Assembly: GCA_021792255.1 (NCBI GenBank)
Contig: JAJYUZ010000002.1
Location: 192,001-256,000 of the forward strand
Length of the DNA stretch: 64,000 nt
Direction: 5' to 3'
From: Thermoplasmata archaeon
Lineage (GTDB): Archaea; Thermoplasmatota; Thermoplasmata; Thermoplasmatales; GCA-001856825
This document shows, one piece after another, positions 29,007-37,641 of this stretch. The notes beneath the pieces are model-generated. The model searched no databases and had not been told where the DNA came from. It saw only the letters and a program-made list of their open reading frames with translations. A program made the position numbers and the translations under genes. Position 1 is the stretch's first letter, and each line of letters begins with the position of its first letter.

Positions 29007-29726
29007 CTATCCACTCATGACACTAATTTCATCGTGGATAAGGGTCAGGTAGCTAGAAAGCTGCACATTTAAATCCAAAATTATGAATGCAAAGGAGCCA
29101 TGATAGCCAACAACATAGAGGGAGTAATCGTTCGTAGCGTTAAGAATTGTATATGTGTGGTTCAGTATGAAGTATGAGAAACTGAAGCCTTCATAGGTTA
29201 CATTCTGAACGTTTATAGTGTAGCTGGAATTGGTAACTCTGTAATCTTGTACTCCTTCCTCATACAAATGGCTAGAGAAATTGAAGCAGGATGATGAAGA
29301 AGAGAATTTCAGCGATTCAATGACCAGTGTGCCTGAGACGTTGCCAGAAGCAGATTTGTAATTGGAAATCATCGTTTCGTATTCGGTCACGTTGAGAGAA
29401 TAGTTGCCGGAGCTTTCGTTGCTGTAGCTCGTGAATAACTTTTGGCTCGTTAAACCGAAGACTACTGAGCTAGCGACGAGGGCTATTCGCGGGGACGTAG
29501 CTGAAGAATTGTGATCTAAAACATAAATTATCGCGGATAAGACGACGGCAATAACGACCACAACCACGATTGCAACGGCGAAGGTGCGTCCGAGTTTAGA
29601 AGAGAAAAGTGAGCGCTTAGGAGGAACGGTTGTTTCAGTCGGAGATTGAACATCTTTTTGGTCTTTCATAGTACCCATCTTGGACCTGTGTACGAAAGTG
29701 TTTGCTTCAGAGAGTGGGCTTGCCAA
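29007..29726 (-). CDS. Membrane-anchored hypothetical protein
   Basis: Single N-terminal TM then S/N/Y-rich domain; true start may be 29669. Confidence 0.6.
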   Translation of the reverse strand: MASPLSEANTFVHRSKMGTMKDQKDVQSPTETTVPPKRSLFSSKLGRTFAVAIVVVVVIAVVLSAIIYVLDHNSSATSPRIALVASSVVFGLTSQKLFTSYSNESSGNYSLNVTEYETMISNYKSASGNVSGTLVIESLKFSSSSSCFNFSSHLYEEGVQDYRVTNSSYTINVQNVTYEGFSFSYFILNHTYTILNATNDYSLYVVGYHGSFAFIILDLNVQLSSYLTLIHDEISVMSG

Positions 29727-30823
29727 AACTTGACCTCCCGTAGAAAAATGAGAAAGAAATCAAAAATCGGTCTTTTCATTTTAAAGAAAAAACGATTCTT
29801 ATACGGTATCAAAATAATCATCCCTCCAATACAGATAAAATTTCTTATATATAGTTTCCGAAATAGGTTTGGTCATAACTAACACAGTTCTCTGTTTCGA
29901 GCTACGCTTAATGAGGACAAGCATCCTTGTCTTAGTAAAGATTTCATTGGTTTTGTAATCCTAGTTATCATTTTCATTATCGTAACAAGCAAGGCTAATA
30001 GAGAGGCGCTTTGGGACACGTATGTGAATGTTGAATCTGGCCTTTCTCAAATAGCCATGGCCTCCAGATATTTGAAACATCTTGTGGCCTGGAATACCTG
30101 TCTATCCGAGTCCCCACTAGCCCAGACGTGTATGAACGCTTTATGCGCAAACTGACAATATAGGGAAAGAGAAGCTCTACACTCAAAAAGAAGGCATCAA
30201 TCACAACGACTCAAAAAGCAGCAGGCAAACTATCATACCACATATATCTATGCGTTTCAACTATCATCTGGTTAGTTAAGCTTCTCTTCTGTCGGTCCCC
30301 AATCTTCATACATAAACATCTCATTAGCCTCGCTCTATCAGCAAATTAAGTATTTCTCTAGAACGAGCATAAAGATATTCAGATGACCATGAGATGTGAC
30401 TGTCGGGAAGTACCCAATTAATTATTCAACCGGGTGCCCACCTACCCTTTTATAAAAATGTAACAACGATGCATAATATCAACAGAATTTTATGGTACAG
30501 AACGGGAGGAAATGCTGAGTTGCCAGATAGAGCCAAGGGGGTGGATTCGAATATTTTCCTAATCAAGGAGGATCGAACATCCACATATAATTACATATAA
30601 ATTAATGAATAATAATGACAACAATATACCGCAAATCATAAAGGATAAACTCTCGGAATCACGGTCTTCTTCAAGCACGGAAAGCAGAGATTCAAATACT
30701 GTAATACTGAATTGAATTCGAACGTCTAACTGTCCGTTAGAATTAGACTTAAACAAATTCGATATGAGCCTACTCGGTTTTAAGTGGGCAACGTTTAATA
30801 CCTATTGATATCTATAGCTACAT

Positions 30824-31084
30824 ATGGTCACGACCATACAAATAGATGAGAAGGTCAAGGCGAAGCTTGATGAACTCAAAATACATCACAGAGAATCTTA
30901 TAACGAACTTATCTCAAGATTGATAGCTTCTTCATCTCCAAATATTGCGAGTAGAGAGTCAATGATAGAAACACTGGAAATTCTGTCTGATCCAGAAATG
31001 ATGAAAGGAATAGCTCGTGGAATTAAAGATTACGAAGAAGGACGAATTAGACCGCTTAGAGAAATCAAGAAGGAGTTGCACTGA
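30824..31084 (+). CDS. Antitoxin (ribbon-helix-helix-like)
   Basis: TTIQIDEKVKAKLDELK..ESYNELISRLI; ETLEILSDPEMM; upstream of RelE. Confidence 0.85.
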   Translation: MVTTIQIDEKVKAKLDELKIHHRESYNELISRLIASSSPNIASRESMIETLEILSDPEMMKGIARGIKDYEEGRIRPLREIKKELH

Positions 31085-31086
31085 GT

Positions 31087-31341
31087 TTGCGTTATGAGGT
31101 GATTCTTACTGCAGAGGCAGAGGAATTTCTTCGAAAGTGTGACAACTCAGTAAAAAGAAGAATCACAAACGGACTATCTCGATTAGAGAAGGAGCCTGAG
31201 TTAGGCAAACCGCTTACCGCGGTTTTAAGAGGAATGAGAAGTTTAAGAATTGGGAATTACAGAGCTATATATCAAATAAAGGATACAGAATTGATCGTTT
31301 TAGTTGTAAAAATTGGTCATCGAAGAAATGTGTATTCATGA
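31087..31341 (+). CDS. relE: RelE/ParE family toxin
   Basis: GKPL..LRIGNYRAIY..VKIGHRRNVY. Confidence 0.93.
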   Translation: MRYEVILTAEAEEFLRKCDNSVKRRITNGLSRLEKEPELGKPLTAVLRGMRSLRIGNYRAIYQIKDTELIVLVVKIGHRRNVYS

Positions 31342-31490
31342 GTTTTGGTATGCTCCCTTATAGAACTGATAAGAAATTAATCTTTGAGCAAAAGCTCCAA
31401 GATAAGTAAATGGATGACTATAATTTCTTTAAATGTTGAGATTTGAACAAAGTTTTAAGGGAGTACAGTCAATGATTCATTTTTCTGACG

Positions 31491-31769
31491 TTAATCCAAC
31501 CACGGGTATGCATCAGAGCGTATTGCAATTCTTACCACCCTTATGGTCTCCTCTTGGAGGTAATATATAAGCCGGTAATCACCTACTCTCAGTTTGAAGT
31601 ATGTGTGTTTGGTCTCAGAAAGTTTCTTGGTATCGAGCCTGTTGGATCCGTCGTAGGGATTTTCCGCAAGCTCATTCAACTTCTCCCTTATTCTATCTTG
31701 TTCCTTCTTCTGTAGTGTTTTGAATTCCTTTGAAGCTGTAGTTGAGACGAGAACACTATTTCTCGTCAA
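31491..31769 (-). CDS. relE: RelE/ParE family toxin
   Basis: KKL..LRVGDYRLIY..RSDAY. Confidence 0.9.
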   Translation of the reverse strand: MTRNSVLVSTTASKEFKTLQKKEQDRIREKLNELAENPYDGSNRLDTKKLSETKHTYFKLRVGDYRLIYYLQEETIRVVRIAIRSDAYPWLD

Positions 31770-31941
31770 GGGGGACGAACTCCTCTGTGTCAGTTATTCT
31801 GTCAAGTTCGTTGAAGAACATGGCTTTCCTGCTAATTTCTATGAGGTTTTGTATGACTTCATCATAGGTCTGCCCCTTCCTTCCAAGTTTCTTGAGTCTC
31901 TCCCTCGTCTCTTTGGAAACTTGTATGGTAGTTTGGCTCAT
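31756..31941 (-). CDS. Antitoxin (ribbon-helix-helix-like)
   Basis: TTIQVSKETRERLKKLG..TYDEVIQNLI; overlaps the toxin start. Confidence 0.85.
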   Translation of the reverse strand: MSQTTIQVSKETRERLKKLGRKGQTYDEVIQNLIEISRKAMFFNELDRITDTEEFVPLDEK

Positions 31942-32059
31942 AGTACATAAATGCTACAGTCATATATAACCATTATTCAGATAAATACATTACACATAAC
32001 AGCACTCAGGCTAATCTCGAATGATCAATTCTAAAAGGTTGAAGGATAATGATAGAATG

Positions 32060-32123
32060 GACTGGTCGGAGTATAATTGCTAACTGCTGGAGCTCGAACA
32101 ATAACAGTTCCAATGCACTATTG
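32060..32123 (+). repeat. Diverged direct repeat, copy 1 (left of mer cassette)
   Basis: 51/64 identical to 34744-34807 by manual ungapped alignment. Confidence 0.8.
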
Positions 32124-32197
32124 TATCCAAAATAAATTACGATGTTGTTTGTAAATAGCTGAACGAGATGTTTAACCCTTCGTACTCGTGTAATTTT

Positions 32198-32572
32198 TTA
32201 TCTGACTACATTAATTATAGAATCGAGAACATCATCCACTCTCCTAGCGAGTTCTTCCAGTCCATTATACTGAGAGAAAAGCTCTGCTGCATTCTGCACG
32301 GCCAGGTGCGTTTTCTCACTTTCTTCATAGATGTAGATCCTCAAGGGTGGAACTATTCCTGCCCTTAAATCGTGGTCAAAAATTTCCTTAGCAAGTTTCG
32401 GGTGGAAAACTTCAATGATTTTGTTTCCGCCGATTTCAAAGCCAATTTTCCTCAGATTTGCTTGGGCATCTATGACTGAAACTACCTTCAGCCCATTTTG
32501 TTCCACAGATTTTTCAAGAAGCTCAACTGTTTGGTTGAACCCAAATTTTGAGATTTTTTCTTTTACTTTCAT
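32198..32572 (-). CDS. DUF302 family protein
   Basis: GLKVVSVID, IIEVFHPK, PLRIYIYE; likely start MKVKEK at 32572. Confidence 0.85.
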   Translation of the reverse strand: MKVKEKISKFGFNQTVELLEKSVEQNGLKVVSVIDAQANLRKIGFEIGGNKIIEVFHPKLAKEIFDHDLRAGIVPPLRIYIYEESEKTHLAVQNAAELFSQYNGLEELARRVDDVLDSIINVVR

Positions 32573-32577
32573 GTACT

Positions 32578-34017
32578 TCACTCCACGCAACACGCCATCT
32601 TGGACAGGTCCCTGATAAATGATTGTGCTGCAAGTTTTATCCCCTCGGATATGGAAGGGAAGATGTGGCTTGTGGCAATGATGTCGTCTATGGTGTAACC
32701 ATTCTTGACAGCATATGCGCCCTCTGTTATTATGTCTGTCGCATTTGGAGCAATGATATGCATTCCCACTACCCTGTTGTCCTTTGGGTCGACAGTGATC
32801 TTTATGACGCCTTCAGTTTCTCCCATGATGCTTGCCTTTGTAAGATTCTCCAGGGAGAACACTCTGCAGGAACACGATCCGTTCTTCTTTGAGAACTCGC
32901 TCTCTGTCATTCCAACGCCTGCAACCTGCGGGCTGGTGAATACTGCCCATGCCACCGAGTCGTAATCGATCTTTAGATTTTCGCCGAACATGTTGCTCAC
33001 GGCTATGACACCTTCTCTGGCGGCCAGAGTTTCGAGGAACATTTTTTTGGAAACACAGTCTCCTGCGGCATAAATTCCAGGTGAGGATGTCTTCATTTTA
33101 TCAGAAGTGATTATTTGTCCTCTTGAATCAGTGTTTACACCGGCAGTCCCAAGGTCCAGATATTCTGTGTTGGGCTGTCTTCCGGTTGCGACTATGATTT
33201 CCTGAGCTTCTATTTTCTCCTTCCCCTTGTGGGTTATGACATCAATATATTTCCCGCTTCTAGATGAGCTTACGGCACTAACTCTTGCTCTCAGGAAGAA
33301 TTTCATACCTTCCTCCTCCAGGTGCTTTTTCATGACTGAACCTATCTCAGGCTCAGTTTGTGGTAGAAGGACATCGAGCGCCTCAATCACCGTTACCTTT
33401 GATCCAAAATGGAGGAGCGCCTGGCCTATTTCAAGACCAATGGCCCCTCCACCTATTATTGCAATTGATTCAGGAAGATCTTTGACGTCCCATATGGTAT
33501 CGCTTGTCAGAAATCCTGACTCATTCAAACCTTCGATGTTTGGAACTGCTGGATGCGATCCTGTTGCAATGAGGATATTTGATCCTGAAACCACTGCAAC
33601 CTCAGATCCATCAGAATCTGATATCATTATGGTCTTTTTATCCACAAATTTCCCCAGACCTGCGAAGAGCTTCACGTTCCTGTAGTTCTCAATCACCCTT
33701 ACATATTTTGAATCCCTTGCGTGTGCAACGTAAGATCTCAGGCCATTCATAACTTTAGCAAAATCATATTTGACTTCCGTTGGGTGTATTCCTGCCATTT
33801 TTGGGTGTTCTGGCTTGAAAACTGAATGAGAGGCCTCAAGCAGATATTTTGATGGAACGCAACCTACGTTCACGCACGTTCCTCCCAATGGCCCCGTGCC
33901 GATCATCGCTATGGTCATCTCTCCGTTGCTGAGCTCTGAGGCCTTTATTGCAGCGGAAAATGCCGCCGCCCCTCTTCCAAGTATTACTAGATCGAATTTT
34001 TGTTGATCACCGATCAA
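32578..34017 (-). CDS. merA: Mercuric reductase (no N-terminal NmerA domain)
   Basis: GGTCVNVGCVPSK, GGGAIGLE, C-terminal ACCVE cysteine pair. Confidence 0.93.
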   Translation of the reverse strand: MIGDQQKFDLVILGRGAAAFSAAIKASELSNGEMTIAMIGTGPLGGTCVNVGCVPSKYLLEASHSVFKPEHPKMAGIHPTEVKYDFAKVMNGLRSYVAHARDSKYVRVIENYRNVKLFAGLGKFVDKKTIMISDSDGSEVAVVSGSNILIATGSHPAVPNIEGLNESGFLTSDTIWDVKDLPESIAIIGGGAIGLEIGQALLHFGSKVTVIEALDVLLPQTEPEIGSVMKKHLEEEGMKFFLRARVSAVSSSRSGKYIDVITHKGKEKIEAQEIIVATGRQPNTEYLDLGTAGVNTDSRGQIITSDKMKTSSPGIYAAGDCVSKKMFLETLAAREGVIAVSNMFGENLKIDYDSVAWAVFTSPQVAGVGMTESEFSKKNGSCSCRVFSLENLTKASIMGETEGVIKITVDPKDNRVVGMHIIAPNATDIITEGAYAVKNGYTIDDIIATSHIFPSISEGIKLAAQSFIRDLSKMACCVE

Positions 34018-34030
34018 ATCAGCTCACCCT

Positions 34031-34264
34031 TCACTGATCCATGAGCGTCGCCTTGTAGTGAGATGGCTTGGAGAAGACTCTGTTCTTAAGGAGATCTTCG
34101 GGGTTTATTTTTTCAAGATCGATAGTAACGTCGCCAGTGCCATCATTCAGAGAAACACCAACATCCAGCACACCGTTCTGGGCCATCAACCCACGACTCA
34201 CTGTTGCAACACATTCATCGCAGGTCATCCCATAGATTCGAAGTTTTGCTTTTCCTGCTTTCAT
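34031..34264 (-). CDS. Heavy-metal-associated (HMA) metallochaperone
   Basis: GMTCDEC motif; directly upstream of merA. Confidence 0.9.
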   Translation of the reverse strand: MKAGKAKLRIYGMTCDECVATVSRGLMAQNGVLDVGVSLNDGTGDVTIDLEKINPEDLLKNRVFSKPSHYKATLMDQ

Positions 34265-34350
34265 GGTTTCAGCATTATTCTTAGTTATTAATACAGCAAA
34301 GTAAACTTTTTTTTACCTGTCTTGATTCAAAACTTGATGAGGTGTGATCA

Positions 34351-34722
34351 ATGGGATCCAGGGAGGATATGAGACTACACAACAAGAAAAAGGCCTGTAT
34401 GATTGAATATATGGGAACAACTGTATGTATTGACCCATCCTTGCCATTTCTAAACGTCATCGGCAAGAAATATACCATGATGATCTTGGGTGTGATAGGC
34501 AATAGGGGGAGCAGAAAGAATTTCAATGAAATAATCAGAGATATTCCATTCTCCAGCACTACAATAATTTCCAGAAGATTGAAGGAACTTCAGAACTTTG
34601 AGTTAATCCAGAGGGATGAAGACAACAATGGTGTTTCTTACTCACTTACTGATTTTGGAAAAAATGTAAGGGAGAGTTTGCTGCCTTTCCTCAGGATGGT
34701 TGAAAATACTTTACAAGATTGA
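34351..34722 (+). CDS. HxlR-type winged-helix regulator
   Basis: C..LNVIGKKYT..FNEI..SRRLKEL..YSLTDFG; divergent from the mer genes. Confidence 0.85.
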   Translation: MGSREDMRLHNKKKACMIEYMGTTVCIDPSLPFLNVIGKKYTMMILGVIGNRGSRKNFNEIIRDIPFSSTTIISRRLKELQNFELIQRDEDNNGVSYSLTDFGKNVRESLLPFLRMVENTLQD

Positions 34723-34743
34723 GTTAATGGTATTTGGGTCATA

Positions 34744-34807
34744 GACCGGTCGGAATATACTTGCTAACTGCTGGAACTGGAACAATAGCTATTTTGATGG
34801 ACTATCG
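34744..34807 (+). repeat. Diverged direct repeat, copy 2 (right of mer cassette)
   Basis: Matches 32060-32123. Confidence 0.8.
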
Positions 34808-35235
34808 CAACAGGCCCAACAGAATATTTTTTTATTCTCAATCGAACCCATGAACCCACCTATCCTTTGTCATATTTTCAAGGGCTCTTTATCTGCTATT
34901 GCCGAAGAGAATAGCTGTCTTTTATCGAAATTTTACGGGTTCTTTGTGGATCTGCGGTTCGATAGCCTCATAACCCAACCAAGTTCAAGCATCTGCCCTT
35001 AGCTTTGTACCTCCTTGATGCATGGATTAACGTAGCTGCAGAAGAACCACGAATTCAACCCCACATTCAAATTTCCATAACGTGGTGATGCTACACCAAG
35101 AGATTCTCCCATAAAGGTGGGTTTAAGAAAAAGAAAACGGCTGTTTTGCAAGCTATTGGACGGAGGGCAAGAAACTATTTAGCCTGCCTAAATCGCTAAG
35201 AACGTATTTATAGAGAGAAATTTATCTTAAACCAT

Positions 35236-36375
35236 ATGTCCAACTTTCTGGTTCTTGGCGGAGCCGGGGATATGGGTTCCGCAGTTGTGAGGGACTTGGT
35301 TTTTAGCAAGGTCGAAAGCGTAGAGATAGGGGACTTTAACAAAGGAGGAACCAATATACTGGTTCGCGAACTCAAGAATTCCAGAACTGACGTAAAGGGC
35401 CTTTTTGTCGATGCCAGTAAAAAGAAGGAACTTGTCGAGGCCATAAGTCGATCAGACATCGTGATTAATGCGGTTGGACCTTTTTACAAGTTTGAAAGCA
35501 TGATTGTGGATGCGGCAATTGAAGCTGGCAGAGACTATGTCGATATATGCGATGACTACGATGCAACTCTGCAGGTGATGAAAAAAGAGAAGGAGATTAA
35601 GAGGGGGAAATCTAGAATTCTAATTGGCATGGGTTGGACTCCAGGCATCACCAACGTCCTATCAAGAGCCGGTTATGAAGAGCTAGATAGCACATCGGAT
35701 ATCAACATCGGGTGGAGTGGTAGTGCCGCTGACTCTTCAGGCATCGCTGTTATCTCACACGTGTTTCATGCAGTGACGGGTGACGTGCCCATGTATCTGG
35801 ATGGTAAATTGGAATATGTTCCTGCAAGACAGTTTAAGAGAGAGATAGAGTTTCCAGAACCGATCTCCAAGCTAGAGACATATTTTGTCGGTCACCCCGA
35901 ACCTATTACAATTCCCAGATTTCTGAAGGGAGTCAGAAACGTCACTCTTAGAGGCGCACTAGTGCCAGATTGGCAGAATCATCTCGTAAGTCAGTTTGCA
36001 GATATAGGTCTCACAGAGGACAAGGTGATAAGAGTCGGAAACTTAGAAGTGTCGTCTAGGGATTTCTTAGCATCTTTTGTCCATCAGACTATGGAACAAT
36101 TTAAGAGCGGAGGTGCAGAAGTGTCCGGTTTCTGGGTAGAAGTCGTGGGGATGAAAAGAGGAAAAAAGACCGTAATTGAGTACAGCGGTGCAGACAAAAT
36201 GCAGAAGCTTACAGGTTGGTCCGCAAGCATCGGTGCTCAACAAATTATAAAGAACAAGAACCTAAGACCGGGATTATACGCTCCTGAAGGGGCGATTGAC
36301 CCTGCTAGCTTTTTGCAGCAATTGAAAGTCCGAAACGTCGCGGTCAAGAAAATAATCAAAATCCAGGAGAACTGA
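35236..36375 (+). CDS. Saccharopine dehydrogenase-like NAD(P) oxidoreductase
   Basis: LGGAGDMG, INAVGPF, YVDICDD, GMGWTPGITN, GHPEP. Confidence 0.88.
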   Translation: MSNFLVLGGAGDMGSAVVRDLVFSKVESVEIGDFNKGGTNILVRELKNSRTDVKGLFVDASKKKELVEAISRSDIVINAVGPFYKFESMIVDAAIEAGRDYVDICDDYDATLQVMKKEKEIKRGKSRILIGMGWTPGITNVLSRAGYEELDSTSDINIGWSGSAADSSGIAVISHVFHAVTGDVPMYLDGKLEYVPARQFKREIEFPEPISKLETYFVGHPEPITIPRFLKGVRNVTLRGALVPDWQNHLVSQFADIGLTEDKVIRVGNLEVSSRDFLASFVHQTMEQFKSGGAEVSGFWVEVVGMKRGKKTVIEYSGADKMQKLTGWSASIGAQQIIKNKNLRPGLYAPEGAIDPASFLQQLKVRNVAVKKIIKIQEN

Positions 36376-36400
36376 TCCATACTGGGGTAGTGAACTAGTC

Positions 36401-36859
36401 TTGCTCAAATTCGGCACACAAGAATTCTTTGACAGTCTGAAAGACGTCCTAAACAAAGATATGAAATTTAGGGAGCTAGGGAAGGGAAGTTACAATGCCA
36501 CGGAACTGATTGTCATAAAGGACTTGGGAATAGGAATATGGCAAAAGACCGTCGATGGCGAAGTCTTGTCGTTTACTCTTTTGAAGAAATGTGAACTCAA
36601 GGAGCTCGAAAGTTCGGCTGACCTTGTTTACTACGTTGACACTTATGAAGCAATGGTAAGGATAAGTACGGGGCAAGAGAGTTTTGTAGAGCTTGTAATA
36701 AGCGACGAGATAGTTTTCAAGGGATCGATGAAGAAGATAATGAGCATTCAAGGCCCATCTGAAAGGATGGAGTTCTTACTGAAGGATTTGACAAAGAAAA
36801 TAATCATTCCTACCAGAATCCAGTACCAGAAATGGCTGAGCGGCAGTGGGTACTTATGA
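36401..36859 (+). CDS. SCP2-like lipid-binding protein (divergent)
   Basis: KFGTQEFF..LNKD start; IVFKGSMKKIM resembles the SCP2 C-terminal motif. Confidence 0.6.
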   Translation: MLKFGTQEFFDSLKDVLNKDMKFRELGKGSYNATELIVIKDLGIGIWQKTVDGEVLSFTLLKKCELKELESSADLVYYVDTYEAMVRISTGQESFVELVISDEIVFKGSMKKIMSIQGPSERMEFLLKDLTKKIIIPTRIQYQKWLSGSGYL

Positions 36860-37266
36860 AATCACTAATGTTTTCCGTTGAATGGTTTGAAAAGTTTGGG
36901 GAGAATCTTAATTCAAATGAGAATTACAAGAAATACGCTGCAGATTGGGAAGGCGATATTGCCCTAATCATAAGAGGAGACGAAGGATCGTCTTTCTTTC
37001 GAAAGGGTGAAACGAAAAATGTGAGATTGAATCTCTATCACGGAAAGTGCAATTCGATAAGTTTTCCGGCTTCTGTCAGTTTCAAAGACGTGCCATACCT
37101 CCTGGAGAGCACGGCGACTACGTGGGAGCGCATACTCACAGGTAAAGTCAACGTGGTAACGGCTCTATTGAGAGGGGAAGTAAAGGTCACCGGAAATGTA
37201 AAAAAATTGATGAAGTACGTCAATGCTGCACAGGAGTTGGTAAGGTCTGCACAGGGAATCAATTAG
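36856..37266 (+). CDS. SCP2 sterol/lipid-binding domain protein
   Basis: FSVEW..LNSN..YAADWEG; WERILTGKVNVVTALLRGEVKVTG. Confidence 0.88.
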   Translation: MKSLMFSVEWFEKFGENLNSNENYKKYAADWEGDIALIIRGDEGSSFFRKGETKNVRLNLYHGKCNSISFPASVSFKDVPYLLESTATTWERILTGKVNVVTALLRGEVKVTGNVKKLMKYVNAAQELVRSAQGIN

Positions 37267-37311
37267 GTTGGTGAGAATACGACTATCGATAGAGAAGAAG
37301 AACTTAGAAAG

Positions 37312-37641
37312 GTGTTAGTTGAATTTAGGGAAAAAGTGAATCAAAATGAAAAAGTCCAGAAGCTCATTAGGAAGTGGAGCACGTCAGTTCTGATGTGGAG
37401 CAAGGATCTGAATACTGGATTCGTTCTACAAGTAGAGTATGGAAAGATAACGGAAATGAAGAAAGCTGACAGTATCGATGAGGGCAACGTGAGAGTAGTG
37501 AGTGGCACGGAGACGTTGCTCGACATGTTCAGAGGGAAGGAGAACATAGTTCATCTTTATATGGATGGAGTTGTTGAAACATTTGGATCCGAAAAGGATC
37601 AGATAGTCTTAGATGCGGTGGCGAAGATTTTATGGTCTTAA
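37312..37641 (+). CDS. SCP2-like lipid-binding protein
   Basis: LLDMFRGKENIVHLYMDGVVETFGSEKD. Confidence 0.7.
   Translation: MLVEFREKVNQNEKVQKLIRKWSTSVLMWSKDLNTGFVLQVEYGKITEMKKADSIDEGNVRVVSGTETLLDMFRGKENIVHLYMDGVVETFGSEKDQIVLDAVAKILWS

Noticed and set aside
29646-30756. Short ORFs 29646-29882, 29995-30204 and 30559-30756
   Set aside because: No motifs, atypical composition and no clear start signals; treated as decayed island sequence.
32057-32083. MDWSEYN resembling an IS5-family transposase N-terminus
   Set aside because: A stop follows one codon later, and there are no further transposase motifs or terminal inverted repeats.
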